Shown here in pieces: positions 12,896 to 26,646 of a stretch of 64,000 bases of DNA (position 1 is its first letter; each line of letters opens with the position of its first letter). The notes under the pieces were generated by a model. The model saw only the letters and a program-made list of their open reading frames with translations, did no database searches and had not been told where the DNA came from. This DNA is from Camelus ferus (lineage: Eukaryota): assembly GCF_009834535.1 (NCBI RefSeq), contig NC_045717.1, positions 18,290,001 to 18,354,000 of the forward strand, read 5' to 3'. A program made the position numbers and the translations under genes.

Positions 12896-13858
12896 TCATG
12901 AGAGTCCTGCAAAGGTCCCAGCACTGAGAGGAGCTGCCCTGTTGAGGAGCCTCCCCAGGGCCCCCTTCATGTCCCTGTTCCTCAGACTGTAGATGAAGGG
13001 GTTCAGCATGGGAGTGACCATGGTGTACATTGCCGAGGCCACCAGCCTTGTCCTAGGAGATGAAGTGGCTGCAGAACTGAGGTAGACCCCAAGGCCTGTG
13101 CCATAGAACAAGGAAACCACCGAGAGGTGAGACCCACAGGTGGAAAAGGCTTTGTACTTGCCCCTGGCTGATGAAATTCTCAGGATAGAGGAGAAAATCA
13201 GAGAATAAGAAAACAGGATCCCAGAGAGGGGAAGAACACCTATGACAACAGTCACAAAATACTCCACTATGTTACTGATGAGGGTGTCCGAACAGGCGAG
13301 CTTCAGGACTTCAGGAAGATCACAAAAAAAGTGTGGGATATTCATGCTTCTGCAGAAAGACAGCCTCAAAAGGGTCAAGGTATCAAGCAGGGAGACCATG
13401 ATGCTGAGGCACCAGGACCCCAGAGCCAGCAGCCTACAGAGCTGGGGGTTCATGATGACCATGTAGTGCAGGGGATGACAGATGGCCACGAAGCGGTCAT
13501 AGGCCATCACAGTCAGGAATAAATTGTCCAGACATCCAAACACAATGAAAAAATATGTCTGGCTGAGGCAGCCTGCATAGGTGATAACTTTGCTCTGGGT
13601 CTGTATATTCACCAGCATCTTTGGGATGGTGGTGGAAGTGAAACAAACGTCAGCAAAGGACAGGTTGGAGAGAAAGAAGTACATCGGAGTGTGGAGGTGG
13701 GAGTCTGAGATGATGGCCAAGATGATGAGCAGGTTCCCAGTTAACGTGATCAGGTACATGGACAGAAACAGCCCAAAGAGGAGAGGCTGCAGGTCTGGCT
13801 CCTCTGTGAATCCCAGGAGGAGAAAGTTTCTGATTCCTGTTTGGTTTCTGCTTTCCAT
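12896..13858 (-). CDS. OR7C2: Olfactory receptor, OR7C subfamily, 320 aa (symbol assigned by position next to SLC1A6, not by a search)
   Basis: Intact ORF from MESRNQT with [38 protein letters not shown] and [12 protein letters not shown] motifs. It is convergent with SLC1A6, as human OR7C2 is. The ORF-track N-terminal extension crosses a CAGCAG acceptor. Confidence 0.88.
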   Translation of the reverse strand: MESRNQTGIRNFLLLGFTEEPDLQPLLFGLFLSMYLITLTGNLLIILAIISDSHLHTPMYFFLSNLSFADVCFTSTTIPKMLVNIQTQSKVITYAGCLSQTYFFIVFGCLDNLFLTVMAYDRFVAICHPLHYMVIMNPQLCRLLALGSWCLSIMVSLLDTLTLLRLSFCRSMNIPHFFCDLPEVLKLACSDTLISNIVEYFVTVVIGVLPLSGILFSYSLIFSSILRISSARGKYKAFSTCGSHLSVVSLFYGTGLGVYLSSAATSSPRTRLVASAMYTMVTPMLNPFIYSLRNRDMKGALGRLLNRAAPLSAGTFAGLS

Positions 13859-14041
13859 AAGGCTGCTGGGTTTGCCCAGAAAGAGGGAAAAAGCAATACA
13901 AAATTCACTCCAAGTAAGTATTCCCCAGTGACAGAAATATCCTGAATCCAAGCCCAGGGACTTCATGAGTCGTATATTTTGGCTTTCTTGGATGACAAAT
14001 TGTGGTTATTGTTGCTGTCTGGAAACATTTTCTCTAAATTC

Positions 14042-14236
14042 AGTAGTTCTCAGATTGTGGTCCCTGACCAGCACCATCAGCATCCCCTGGGAATCTGCTA
14101 GAAATGAACATCTTTAGGCTCATCTGACCTACTGAGTCAAATACTCTGGGCGTGAAGCAAGCACCCTGTGGTTTAATAAGCCCACCTGTGAATTCTCTCT
14201 CTCTCTCACACACACACACGTTTGAGGAGCACTGCT
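14042..14236. mobile_element. MER5A-like element
   Basis: cagtagttctcagattgtggtccctgaccagcaccatcagcatccc...tttgaggagcactg. Confidence 0.7.
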
Positions 14237-14585
14237 GTAGTGCTTGCCTGCATCCCTAAGCAATCATCCCTTTCCCAGCATCCTGGATAATTGCTCTTGT
14301 AATTTCTGTTCAGTGCTTGTGGGAATGAGGAATTCCCTAACTCTAGGCAGATCTCCCAATCATTAAGAGGTTCTTTCATCATGCTGCCTTTCTGTTATTG
14401 CTATATCTTAAACCTCTGGACTTTGGGTGAATCTTCTGCTAAAAAACCCCAATATTATTATTAATCATCATTAACATTTCATTTATATCATCAATGTCCC
14501 TATATAAATTCAGTCAAAATTGAATTTCTAAAGATAGCATCCTAGTGTTTCTAAATACCGAGTTTTCCTTCACATACATTCATCT

Positions 14586-15030
14586 TTTTTTTAGCTTTGT
14601 TGAAGTATAATCAACTTACCAAAAATTGCATATATTTGATATATATATCTTGATAAATTTGGACATATGCATTCACCTCTGATACCATCACCACAATCAA
14701 GGTATAAACATACCACTTCCAGATATTTCCTGGTATTCTTTTGTGTGTGTTTTTTTGTGTAGTAAGAATACTTACAATCTATCCTCCGAATATATTTTAA
14801 AGGGTACAACACAGTATTATTAACTATATGTAGTATGTTGTGCATCAGATCTCTAGAACTTATTCATCTTGTATAACAGGAACTTTATACCCATTGACTA
14901 AGAATTCCCTATTTCCCCTCCCCACCAGCCACTGGCAAGCAACATTCTGTTCTCTATTTCTGTGCATTGATTATTTTAGATACCTTGTGTAAGTGGAATT
15001 ATACAGTGTTTGTCCTTCTGTGTTGGGCTT
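14586..15030 (-). mobile_element. Old L1 3'-end fragment
   Basis: Poly-T start followed by ttgttgaagtataatc...atcagatctctagaacttattcatcttgtataac. Confidence 0.7.
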
Positions 15031-17309
15031 GTGTGCACTTTCTAGATTTTCTTGTTAATTTTAAGATTTTCTCTAATATTTATATATCGTCTCCAAATAA
15101 TACTAATTTACAACACCTGTTTATCTTTAGCTTTTATTGTGTTGGTATGAAATTCCACAACACTGTTCAAACTTATGTTAAGAGTTGGAATTCGTGTCAT
15201 TCTTCCTTTCTTTCAAGAGAATAATTCTAGCATTTTATAACTTAATATGATGTTTATCAGAATTTAGGGTATAATCTGCATATAGCTTTATCAATTTAAC
15301 TTGCATTTTAAAAATTCCTAGATACTGCGGCCAGGTCAGATTATGTACAAAAGTCATCCAGAAAGTCCAATTTCAAACCTCCCAGGTAACAATAATCTTG
15401 GAGTTTGATTTTGATATGGTCATTTATGCCTTGTATTAAAGATACATAAAAAATCTTTTCAGAGAATACATATGTGTGTATATGTATCTACATTCTTTCT
15501 CTAAACCTGTATTTTAAGATATATGTGCATGTATCTTGATACATGAGAGAGAAAAGGGGGTGGAGGGAGAGAGAATGAATGAGAATGAGACTAAGAATGG
15601 AGAAATGGACAGAAAAGGAATAAAGACTTAATAATCTTAATGGTCCCTGGGAGAATGTGGTAAAGAAAAGCTTCTTTGGTTTTGGTGACATTTCATGTGC
15701 TGTTATATTCCTTGATTTCCAGGGAAAATAATGAAGTAAAAATAAATTTATCCAAAAGTTAAAGTAGCAATATCTTTATAGTCTGAACTACATACAAATT
15801 GTACAGCCCAAGAGGGAAACAAGCAAAGGGAATAAACCAACGTGTCACAAAAGGATGTGTATAAAGTACAACGGGTATGAACTGAATGTTGGTCATTTTT
15901 AATATCAGGCAGCAAAGCTTGTTTTTCCTGTGCCTTTTTTGTATTTATTTTACGAATTGGTTTTTATATGATCTGATAGGAGACGAGGCAAGCCTCGATC
16001 TCCCTTTTCATATGTGACATATTCTCTTGGTTATTCTTGGGCTTGGATTGCTTTTCTGGTGTGTTCTATGAGCACACTTTGGCCCTAGCTCTGGTCTTTG
16101 CCCAACATCAGTGACCTCCACAGTCCATACCCATAAACCTACACACGTCGTGACGGTTCCAGCCTTTTCACTGAGTAACTTTCTTCACATCAGGTATCTG
16201 AGAATATTGTATTATACACACAATTCGTTCATCGTGCTCTGTCTTCTCAATTTTAATGCTAGATCCAAATATGCAGAGACTTCACCTGTTTTGTTATCTT
16301 TGTATTTTTACCGAGTGTGTGAATATATGTGCACCTGTGCAAAAATAAATTTAAGAAAAATGAAAAGTTAGGAAATGAGAGGAATAACAAGGAGAATGAA
16401 ACCAGGTTAAACAGTATGGTTCAAAACTGCTGTAAGCAGAATTGAAAGGAGTTTTGAAAGTTATCTGAGCAAGAGTTAAAATAGTAATAATTTTATGATA
16501 TCAATGTGGATTAATTAAATTGACAATGACTTAGATGTAAAATAATATATAATATTACTAGGATATCTGGCATGTAGCACATGCTCACTGAGTATTGTTG
16601 AATGAATTAGGACTTAGGTCTCATTATATATGGGCATTTAATATATAACAAGATTGTATTTCAATTTATTTGGAAAGATTGAGTTATTGATAGAAGTTGG
16701 CATAAATGTTTCTATTGCAAAAAATGACACTCCTTCCCTCACTCAAGTATTTTACAAAAAATTAAAGCTTACCACCTCAGTGTGAGAGTAACCAACACAT
16801 TTTATATGAACATCTTGAAATCTACATATAAAAATCTGTGAGTGGGCAAAAGTATCTTAAATAAGGTAAAAAACTCAGAAGTAAGAAAGTAGACATTTTT
16901 AACTAAATAAAATTTTAAAATTTTATGCCCAAAATGTGCCCCAAAGTCAATTAAAAATAATCATTTGTAAGAATTATTTGAAAGACTGATAATGTAGAAA
17001 AATGGGCATATAATATATGGTATATAATAGTAATAAGGAAATCAAAATGGTTACCAAATATATAACCTTTGCTCTCAGTATATAGTTTAAGAAAACAGCA
17101 AGAAAACTCTTTCATATCATTGTCCTGGGTCCCCTGGAAAATCTTAAAGATCTGCCATATTTTAATGTGAGAATTTTGATCTAGTGGCAAAGGCTCACTC
17201 TGATTTTTCTGGCAGAAATGTGAAGTGCTACAACAATTTGGGAAAAATCTGAAGACAGCTATAAATATCCAAAATACAGATATTCTTTAACTAAGGAGTC
17301 TTCAGTATT

Positions 17310-17480
17310 GGTAACTGACATTCTGAGCCAAATAATTTGTTTGTGGTGTGGTGTGTCCTCTGCATTGTAGGATGTTTCCAGCGTACTTGACCTCTACTGA
17401 GCCATTTGCATGTGACAGCCAAGAAAGGCTCTGGACATTGTCCAATGTACCCTGGGGACAAAATCAGCCACTGTTAGAGC
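17310..17480. mobile_element. MER20-like element; paralogous intronic copies at about 32690-32880 and 41950-42140
   Basis: actgacattctgagcc...tgtcctctgcattgtaggatgttt...tggacattgtccaatgtaccctgggg. Confidence 0.7.
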
Positions 17481-19389
17481 TAGAGTTTGAACTTCACTAC
17501 CTTAACATATTTTTGGAGCATTTATATAATAGTGACCAATGATAGAGGATATGAAAAACCATCAAAGTGAGAGAAACAGAAGCACACCGTGACATGTTAT
17601 ACAGCCGTAAACATAATGAGTCATCATTATACTAGTGACTGGAGGCAAGTCTGCGAGGAATTATTGAGTAAGAGGGATAACAGGAGAAAATGTAGGGAAA
17701 ACGATGCATTTACAATGTGGATAGGATCCTATTCTTGTACTTGTATAAAAGTGTATGGGTTTTATATGTGTACATGCTATAGAAAGAGACGTTTTAAAAG
17801 AAACTAAGATCTTATGGGGAAAAAATGTCAGTGAGAATGAACCTAGGTTAAGTAGAGTGGTTTCAAAACAACTATAGGTAACAAAATTGGATGAAAATCT
17901 ACAGGTAAGTTACATGAAGATATGGAAAAGTAATTTTTAAATGACATCCACATGGGCCACTATTACTAAATTGCCAAAAACTTGGAAATAGAAGGATATT
18001 ACAGCGGACTTTTAAGATGTAGGGAAAAAGCAGTATCTAAGTTATAATTTCATCTTATGTGAAGATTTGTGGACTTCAATGTGCTTAAGGTAGATAAGGG
18101 TTATCTTTAGTCAATGGTAAAGAAAGATGCCTTCTAAATGATGGCCAAATATGATGCAAGTTTTCAAAATAGACCTAATCACAATGGCCAAAAAGGACAA
18201 TAAGGAATAACAGAGATGTAAAAACTTGCTGGGAAACGTAAAGGGTGACTTTTTTTTTAGCACTAAAGATGCAGAACTTTCACAATCATTTTTGTTTAAA
18301 ACAATGATTTGTAGGTGAAGAATATTAACTCTTCAAAAAATATAGAAAAGCAATGGAGAGTGCACAATATGATTGATAGATTTGACCACACAAAATTTAT
18401 ATACCCTCAAAATTCCCCTCAAATACATTTATGCATACATACAAGAAGAACTAAATGGCAAATAGGCAGTTTGTGAAAATAACTCCAATTCTTTGATCAA
18501 AAGATTGCACTAAAAAACAGGAGTAAAAATTCTCAGATCCTAATGCACAAAATCAAGGACTCACCCAGATAATCTGGGATAGAGAAAGTCAATGGCTATC
18601 AAATCTATATGCATATTCAGCCCCACATATTGAAATAATTGCAAGGTAAGCTCATTAGCATACCCCTTTTCACATCTTAAAAGTTTTAAAATTTATTTCA
18701 CGGTGAAATATATGTCTCTTATGCTGAAATATATACACTACCTTTGCAGGGATGTATTTGCAGCATTCTTTGATGTGGCTGTTTCTCAACAATATGGAGT
18801 CATGGTCAAATATGCCCAGCCTTAAAAGATGGAAAGAAATACCTTCACTGCATTTTATAATCCTCCATAGCTAATACCTTATTTCTCTACTTCAGTTAAT
18901 TAATAAGATACTTGGACATATGTTCTACTTTTACTGGAAGCACTTTATGCCTCTCCTTCCTTTTTTAATTGACCTAATTTCTTACCATTTAATTGGCATC
19001 ACTGAATATTGCCTTGCTTTGTTCAGTGTTCACTTCTCCTTTAGCATCTAAAAAATACATTGATATTTCAATCAAGCAAGCAGGCTCTGGGCTCTGGGTT
19101 AGGCTGAGTTGGTTCTCAGGTGACCTCTGGTAAACATTCTTGGGTTTCATTCTCTCTGACCTTTAACTGCAGTGTCTTTTAGGCTCGTGGACTTCTGCAT
19201 GGGAAGCCTGAGATGAAGGTCTTTGTGAGGATACTCGAATCCCTTCCTGGTTGGTTGATGATGGAGACTGGAGCTCTGTCCCTAGACAAGACAGCGGGAA
19301 GGGGTCAGGAATTGGTCCTTTAGTCAGACTTAGGACTCCCAAAGCAACAAACCTGTCTCGTCCATGCCAAGGATCAGGGACTGCAGCAC

Positions 19390-19475
19390 AGGGGATATTT
19401 ACAGCTATGCCTGCTTATTAGGCACATTTCCCTCATATTACAATGACCTATAATTATTTGATTTCCCTGTGGGAC
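19390..19475 (-). promoter_or_regulatory. Putative OR7C promoter cassette (O/E-like site, homeodomain TAATAA, TATA-like TGTAAATA)
   Basis: O/E-like 19464-19474, HD 19415-19420, TATA-like 19396-19403; homologous to six other copies; points toward OR7C. Confidence 0.65.
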
Positions 19476-19916
19476 TTGGTCTAGATAGAAAGGATTTTTT
19501 TTTTCCCCTGCTGATTCTCTGTTCTCAGGAGATTAGGTTATAAGCCAGGAGAACTCAAGTTTTTATTAATCCTTCTCCATTAACTCTCTTGCTTTCCAGA
19601 GGTCTAAATTCCCAGCACCTTATTTCAACCCTGAATTTAAATTTTCTCCAACATGAGACTGAGGCAATTGTCTTGAATAAGTTCCTTGGGTCTTCAAAGC
19701 ATTGACCTGTGGTGAGGATACAGTCCATGATACCCTTAGAAAATTATTTTTCCCCTCTTTATAAGAGAGACAACTTTGCTTTACATTAAAATGTAAAACT
19801 AAAGACTCATGAGAAGTCCTGCAGTGATCAGAACAATTCCCCATCCTACAATCCCATTTAAGAAGAAAGATATTATATTAAACAATTTTATTCCAAGAAA
19901 GTTTGTATGCAGCAGT

Positions 19917-20558
19917 CATTACTGAACCAAACTTGCGTCTGCTCACCTGTGTGCGGTAAAGCTAATCTAATGACATTGGCTGGGGGTGAAGGAAAGTACA
20001 GTGTTTATCGCAAGGTGCCCAACTTGGGGCCGAGCAAGGAGAATGGGCAGCTCACGCACAGAAGCTCTGAACTCCCCAAAGGCTCTCAGGGAAGGGTTTT
20101 TAAAAGACAGAATGAGGGAGAAGGTGGAAGGATGTGTAGTCAGCTCCTGTAGGATTATTCTAGTTATTTGGATGTTTTGGGAATCTCTGTCATCAATCTT
20201 CTGGTTTCAGCTAGTGTAGGGTCTATGTGCTCGGGGTCAGCATGTAGCTCATATTTTCTATCTGGTTGGGGTTTTAGTATCAGCAAAACAACTCAAAGAT
20301 ATGGTTCAAAATATTATCTATAGCCCCTGAGGAGGAACTAAAGGTCCTTGACTTTGTTTTATGGCTAAACTGCTATTATTAGGCCCTGCTCTACTGCTTT
20401 CTTTGTTTCTGATTTTCTCATTTTTCTGTTTAATTAAATGTGCTCCTTGGAACTCAGGGAAGTCCTAGACACTAAAGCTTTTCTAAACAAGAGGCAGGGG
20501 CATAGGGCGAGGTGGTGTCTGTCCCTGGGAAGGCCCCACAAGGTCCTGCTTGGTTTCA
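19917..20558 (-). mobile_element. ERV1-class solo LTR (MER89/MER90-like; family uncertain)
   Basis: ttactgaaccaaacttgcgtctgctc...gcaaggagaatgggcagctc...aggtcctgcttggtttca; about 640 bp. Confidence 0.6.
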
Positions 20559-21215
20559 CAATAACTAATACAATAATCAAATTGGACAAAAGTGATGGCA
20601 GTTGTAACAATGTGATTCTGCTTGTTCCAGGCATTTGTTCTGATACTTTTACTCAATATTATTCAAGTTTCTTTCCTATAACTGTATGAAAAAGTAACTA
20701 CATTGAGGTCTCTTTGAGGTCACATGGAGAGGTTGGAAGGACATGGGTGTTTGCACAACACCTGTGACCCTGAATCACATACCTGAACAGGAATCCAAGC
20801 TTTCCAGTGAGTCATCATTTGATTATGAGGATGATACTGGTATTGTTAATTCTCTGCCCTATTAGTGGTTGTGACAAAATTTTGAAGAGTGGGAGAGATT
20901 TCTTTTAGAGAAATAAAAGGATTATATTTTGTAGAGGCATTGGAATTTTCCAACAGAAACAAGAAAATAATTTAATAAAAAGGCAAAACACGCCTTCAGT
21001 CCTTTAGCTCAATGAATACACCTTGCAAATGGACACTGATATTCCATATTTCAATGAGTAGATGAACAACTAAAATGAAATATTTTACATAGTAATAAAT
21101 GTATGATTTAATATTTTGCTTCACCATACTTAAGGTCAACTCTATTCTAAGACCATATTATATCTATCTATTTTTGCATATGTTTTTCTGTGTAGAGTCC
21201 ACTTGGAGGCAAGTA

Positions 21216-21762
21216 TTTTATTTTATTTATTTTATTTTATTTTATTAAGTTATAGTCAGTTTACAATGTGGTGTTAATTTTCAGTGTAGAGCACAATTTT
21301 CCAGTCATACATGAACATACATATATTCATTGTTGCATTCTTTTTCACCATGAGCTACCACAAGATCTTGTATATATTTCCCTGTGCTATACAGTATAAT
21401 CTTATTTACCTATTCTATATATACATATTTTGAACTCCCAGTCTCCCTTCTCACCCCTCTCCCCACTGGCAGCCACGAGTTTGTATTCTATGTCTATGAG
21501 TCTGTTTCTGTTTNNNNNNNNNNNNNNNNNNNNNNNNNNNNNNNNNNNNNNNNNNNNNNNNNNNNNNNNNNNNNNNNNNNNNNNNNNNNNNNNNNNNNNN
21601 NNNNNNNNNNNNNNNNNNNNNNNNNNNNNNNNNNNNNNNNNNNNNNNNNNNNNNNNNNNNNNNNNCAGGGACATCCATGTTGCTGCAATTGGCGTATGGT
21701 GTCATTTTTATGGCTGAATAGTATTCCATTGTATAAATATACCACATCTTCTTTAGCCAGGA
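21216..21762 (-). mobile_element. Young L1 3' end with (TTTTA)n tail, spanning an N gap
   Basis: gttatagtcagtttacaatg...catgaacatacatatattcattg; a related copy lies at 26118-26325; camelid-like as recalled. Confidence 0.75.
21514..21665. other. Assembly gap (N run)
   Basis: 152 N. Confidence 1.
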
Positions 21763-22383
21763 GAGACATGTATTTTATTATCAATTTTTGCAAGTGACTA
21801 TGGTAGACAGAGTGAATGCAAACTATATAGAAGTATAAAATCCTAATGAGTAGAAAAATGTCCCATAATTAGTGACAACAACCAGTATGTTGAAGTCTGG
21901 ATTATCAGGAAGAGTAATTAAGGTAGTGATATGGAATGGAATGATGTTTACAAAAGTGAAAAACAGGGGTCTCAGATTTTCCTCTCTTATAAACTTATAA
22001 ATAGTTCTATTTGCCAAGAGGAGTTTTCTCCCATAGAAGTATTAAAACTCATGATTATTCTTTTCATCAAATAAAATTTTAAAAACAGTATATTTCATTT
22101 GAGAAGAAATTATTATTCAGAGATCCATGTAATTTCTTGAGATGAATGGGAATTTCCAAATAGTTCACATCCAAGGTTGGAAATACAATCAGGAGAATAG
22201 AAAAATTAATAAGGGAAAAAAGACTTGGATATCAGAGATATTCCAAAATATAAAAGTGAGTTACATAAATTGGATAAAGTCAAAGTTGAAATAGAAATTC
22301 CAAGAGAAATAGAAAAAGCATGGTCTACTTCCACAGTTTGATCAAAGATTGGCAACATTTTGCTCAGGCTTTGAGCTCTGCTT

Positions 22384-23352
22384 TCATGTATACTTCTTAA
22401 ACCTTAGGATAATAGGCTTATTTATAGTTTCCTTTTGAAAGAGTATTTTTAGACCCCTCTTTAAGTCTTTATTTCTCAGACTGTAAATGAAGGGGTTCAG
22501 CATGGGGGTGACCACTGTGTACATCACCGAGGCTGTTGCACTCGAGTGTGAGCTGTGGGAAGCAGCAGAGCTAAGGTACACTCCTAAGCCTGTACAATAA
22601 AATAAGGAGACAACGGAGAGGTGAGATGCACAGGTGGAAAATGCTTTATACTTCCTGTGTGATGATGTGATTCCACGTATGGAGGAAACTATCTCAGAGT
22701 AAGAGTAAATAATACCAGTGAGGGAACCACCAGCCATCAACACAGCTACAAAATACATCACCATGTTATGGAGAAAGGTGTCAGAATTGGCAAGTTGGAT
22801 CATCTGATTGAGTTCACAGAAGAAGTGGGGGATTTCTAAGGCTGTACAGAAGGACAGTCGCAACATCATTAAGCTTTCTAACAAGGAATGCAGGACACAT
22901 ATGATCCAGGATGCTAGCACCAGCAGTCCACAGAGCCGGGGGTTCATGATGACCATGTAGTGCAGGGGGTGACAGATGGCCACAAACCGGTCATAGGCCA
23001 TCACGGTCAGGAGGAAGATGTCTAATCCTATAAAGAGTGTAAAAAAATGCATCTGGATGATGCAGCCTTCATAGGTGATGACTTTGCTCTGGGTCTGGAT
23101 GTTCCACAGCATCTTTGGGATGGTGGTGGAGGTGAAACAGATGTCTACAAAGGACAGGTTGGAGAGGAAGAAGTACATGGGGGTGTGGAGGTGGGAGTCA
23201 GAGATGACGGCCAGGATGATGAGCAGGTTTCCAAACACTGTGATCAGGTACATGGAGAGGAAAAGCCCAAACATGAGGGGCTGCAGTTCTGGCTCCTCTG
23301 AAAATCCCAGAAGAAGAAATTCTGAAACTGCTGTTATGTTCCTTGGTGTCAT
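22384..23352 (-). CDS. Olfactory receptor, OR7A-type, 322 aa (OR-b)
   Basis: Intact ORF from MTPRNIT with all OR motifs except LACSD, which reads LANSD. Acceptor TAGTAG lies just upstream of the ATG. Confidence 0.93.
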   Translation of the reverse strand: MTPRNITAVSEFLLLGFSEEPELQPLMFGLFLSMYLITVFGNLLIILAVISDSHLHTPMYFFLSNLSFVDICFTSTTIPKMLWNIQTQSKVITYEGCIIQMHFFTLFIGLDIFLLTVMAYDRFVAICHPLHYMVIMNPRLCGLLVLASWIICVLHSLLESLMMLRLSFCTALEIPHFFCELNQMIQLANSDTFLHNMVMYFVAVLMAGGSLTGIIYSYSEIVSSIRGITSSHRKYKAFSTCASHLSVVSLFYCTGLGVYLSSAASHSSHSSATASVMYTVVTPMLNPFIYSLRNKDLKRGLKILFQKETINKPIILRFKKYT

Positions 23353-25619
23353 GTGGTGGAAGTGACTACTAGAAAAGGGGAATATATGATTAACTGTCAC
23401 ACAAGTGGGCATTACTCACATTGTTGAAATGTTGCCATTTATATTTCCCATTAAGAAATTAATTTCAATATTTTGTTCGTGGATTTGGTCCCCTTTTTAA
23501 AATCTTCTGTGTTATCTCTAGTTAGCAGACATATCCCGCTCTCCTTTTCCCCCCAGATGTCATGTATTCACAGTTCTGATAAGAAACTCTTTCATGCACT
23601 TGAGGAATACAAATTGAATTGAGAAAATGCTCCAGGCACTTACTATGCAGGGAGTGCAGGGTGCTGAAAAACCAAAGCTCCCAAAATCTGGTTATGGAGA
23701 CAGAATAAAAGTAAGTAAAAATTATTTAGCATGTCAGATGGTGACAGTGTTATGAAGACAAAAAAAGGAGGTATAAAGGAGAGAGTGAAAAGGGAGTTCT
23801 ATTTTTTTTAATGCATGTTCAGGTGAGACCTGTGAACAAGGGGATATTTGAACAAAGACCTCAAGGAAGATAGAACCAGTGCATGAACAAACCTGGTAAA
23901 GTGTGCCTGGGCAAGGAAACAGACAGTGCAAAGAAATTCCCTGAAGAAGGTGTTTAAGATGTTCTAGTCCCAAAAGGGGGCCACCCCGGTGAAGGAAATG
24001 AACAGGAGGGAGAGTGAGAAGTGATGGTGGCAGAGAATGTTGAGGAATGAGGTAGCCTCCCCGCTGCTGCTGAAACTTCAATTCACAAGGGGTCCCTTGT
24101 CCATATTTTGTATCTTCTGCATTTTAGGAAATCCAGTATAAAAAACTATATGAAACAAAATTGAAGGAAAATGCAATATAATAATTATAATTTAATAATA
24201 TCACTAAATCAATTTTAAATTACAAAAGACTTGGAAATAAAATAATTGACAGCAAGTTTTAAAAAATATAAGATAGAAGCACTAAGTTATAAACTTCCTC
24301 TTACATAGAAATATATGGATTCAAATATGCATATGAAAAATAATTTAGTCAAATGTAAAGAAGAATGCCTTCCAAATGGAAACTGAACACAATGCAACTT
24401 TTTGAAACAGACCTAATCACAGAAGAATGAAAGGACAATAAGAATTCAGATGTGGAAAGTAGTTGCAATTATGTATAAAGCATGATTTATGAGCACCAAA
24501 TATGTAGAAGTGTATTCATTTTCATTTTTGTTTAAGGCAAAGATTCGCAAGTAAAAAAAAAAAATGAAAACTCAATTCTTTCAGCTAAATTTTTTTTCTT
24601 AAGCAAGGGAGAGAACATAATATGACTGACACATTTTATCACACAAAATTTATAAACTCAGACATTCTGCACAATTGTACACATGCATAATCTAAGTGGC
24701 AAACAACAAACCTGATGATAAAAAGTCCAATTCTTAATTTGAAAGAATATAATCAAAAACAGGAACAAAAACATGCTGAATTCACTATACAGAAGTGAAG
24801 GACCTGTAGAGGCAATTTTAAATAGAGGAAGTAATGGGCTAGCTAACCTACAAATACAGTCAGCCTCACAGGGAATGAAATCTTTGCGAAGTAAGATGAC
24901 TAACATGCCCATTTTCACGTAATCAATTTTTTTCATTTGATTGTTAAGAGAGAGGAGTAACTGTGAAATGTATGTCTCATGGACTGCTGTTACAAGAAAA
25001 AGTTTGCCACCCTTCGTTTACCTGGATCTCACTCATCAGAGTCAAAATGTTCCGTCTTAAAAAAAAAATCTCCCATCACCGTACACCCTTTCACAGCTAA
25101 TACGCTGTATCTTTACTCCAGTTAATTGCAAGAGTCCTTGGACTGAAGTTCTACTTTTAGTGGAAGCACCTTACACCTCCCATTCTCTCTTCTAATTGGG
25201 CTTCCATGCCCATCATTTAATGGTCAACATGGACCCTTGCTTTGTTGAGTTCAATATTCTATTTTTGGCATCATTAATCACTACATTAATTAGCCAAGCA
25301 AACAAAGATCCACAGAGGTGTCAGCTCTGGGCTAGTCTGAATTGGTTCTCAAGTGAACTCAGGTAAATGTTCTTGGCTGCCATTCCCTTTGACCTCCTCC
25401 TGCAGTATTTACTGGGCTTTTGGATTCACCTGGGTGGAGTCTCTGAGAGAAAGGTCTCAGCAAAGATGTCCAGTTTCTTCTGGATGGGAATAGAAACTCT
25501 CTTTCCAGACAAGACAACAGGGTGGAGTTGAGCATTGGTCTCCTAGCCAGAGTTATGACTCCTAAAGCAACAACCGTATCTGACCCAGCCCAAGGTTGCA
25601 CAGGCTGGGGGACTGCAGC

Positions 25620-25710
25620 AGAGGAGATATTTACAGCTCCCTGTGTCTGCTCATTAGCGCATCTCCCTCTTGTTAATAATACCTGTAATAATTGATTTCC
25701 CTGAGGGACA
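25620..25710 (-). promoter_or_regulatory. Putative OR-b promoter cassette
   Basis: TCCCTGAGGGA 25698-25708 with adjacent TAATTG 25689-25694, TAATGA 25651-25656, TGTAAATA 25628-25635; donor GTGAAT at 25429. Confidence 0.7.
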
Positions 25711-26117
25711 TTCTTCTGGACAGATTGGAAAATTTTCCTGCTCATTCTCTGCTCTAGGAGACAGTATTACAAGCCAGACGAATTCAGTATTGATTACTCC
25801 TTCCATGATCTCTCTTATATTCCAGACGAATGAGCCTTGAGGCCTCAGCACCTCATCCCAACCCTGAGTTCAACTTTTCTCCCGAGTTTATGTTTGAGAA
25901 TTCTGTTGATTAGGCTCCTAATCAAAGCATTTACTTCTGGTGGGTCACATCTCCTGATAGCTCTAGAAAATTACTATTCTCATCTTCAAGAAGTGGTATA
26001 GTTTTTTCCTTTAATACAAAACCTTGGGCAGTACACTGCTTGGATTCATGACAGTTTTGCCAAAATGATTAGGAACTTCATACTTGTGGCACCAGTTAAG
26101 AGCTGTCAGTCTCTCAT

Positions 26118-26325
26118 TAGAAATTTTTTTTTTTAATTGAGTTATAGTCAGTTTACAATGTTGTGTCAAATTCCAGTGTAGAGTACAATTTTTCAATTAT
26201 ACACGAACATACATATATTCATTGTCTCATTCTTTCTTGCTGTGAGCCACCACCAGCTCTTGTATATATTTCCCTGTGCTATACAGTATAATCTTGTTTA
26301 TCTATTCTACATGTGCCTGTCAGTA
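26118..26325 (-). mobile_element. Short 5'-truncated L1 of the same young family
   Basis: Poly-T followed by gagttatagtcagtttacaatgttgtgtcaaattccagtgtagagtac. Confidence 0.72.
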
Positions 26326-26646
26326 GAAAATGTTTTTAATTGTAAGAGAACACGTAGATTTTAGTACCTTGTAGGGATTGTAAGATTTAATTTTTAGAAA
26401 ACTCCATCCTATGAGGTAGTACTATTATGAACTCCATTTTCCAATGCAGACATGAGACTTGAAAGAAAGAGAGAAAGGACAGAAACTCCAACTCCTCTGC
26501 CTCTTCATCCATATTTAGAGGACCGTGTGAATAAATTAGCCCCACCTAGATAATCATGGCTAATCTTCTTGAGGCCAGCTTATTAGAAACTTTTTTCCTG
26601 TATCTTTGTAGTATAAAGTCTGGAAGAGATTTTTTTTCCCCTCTCA

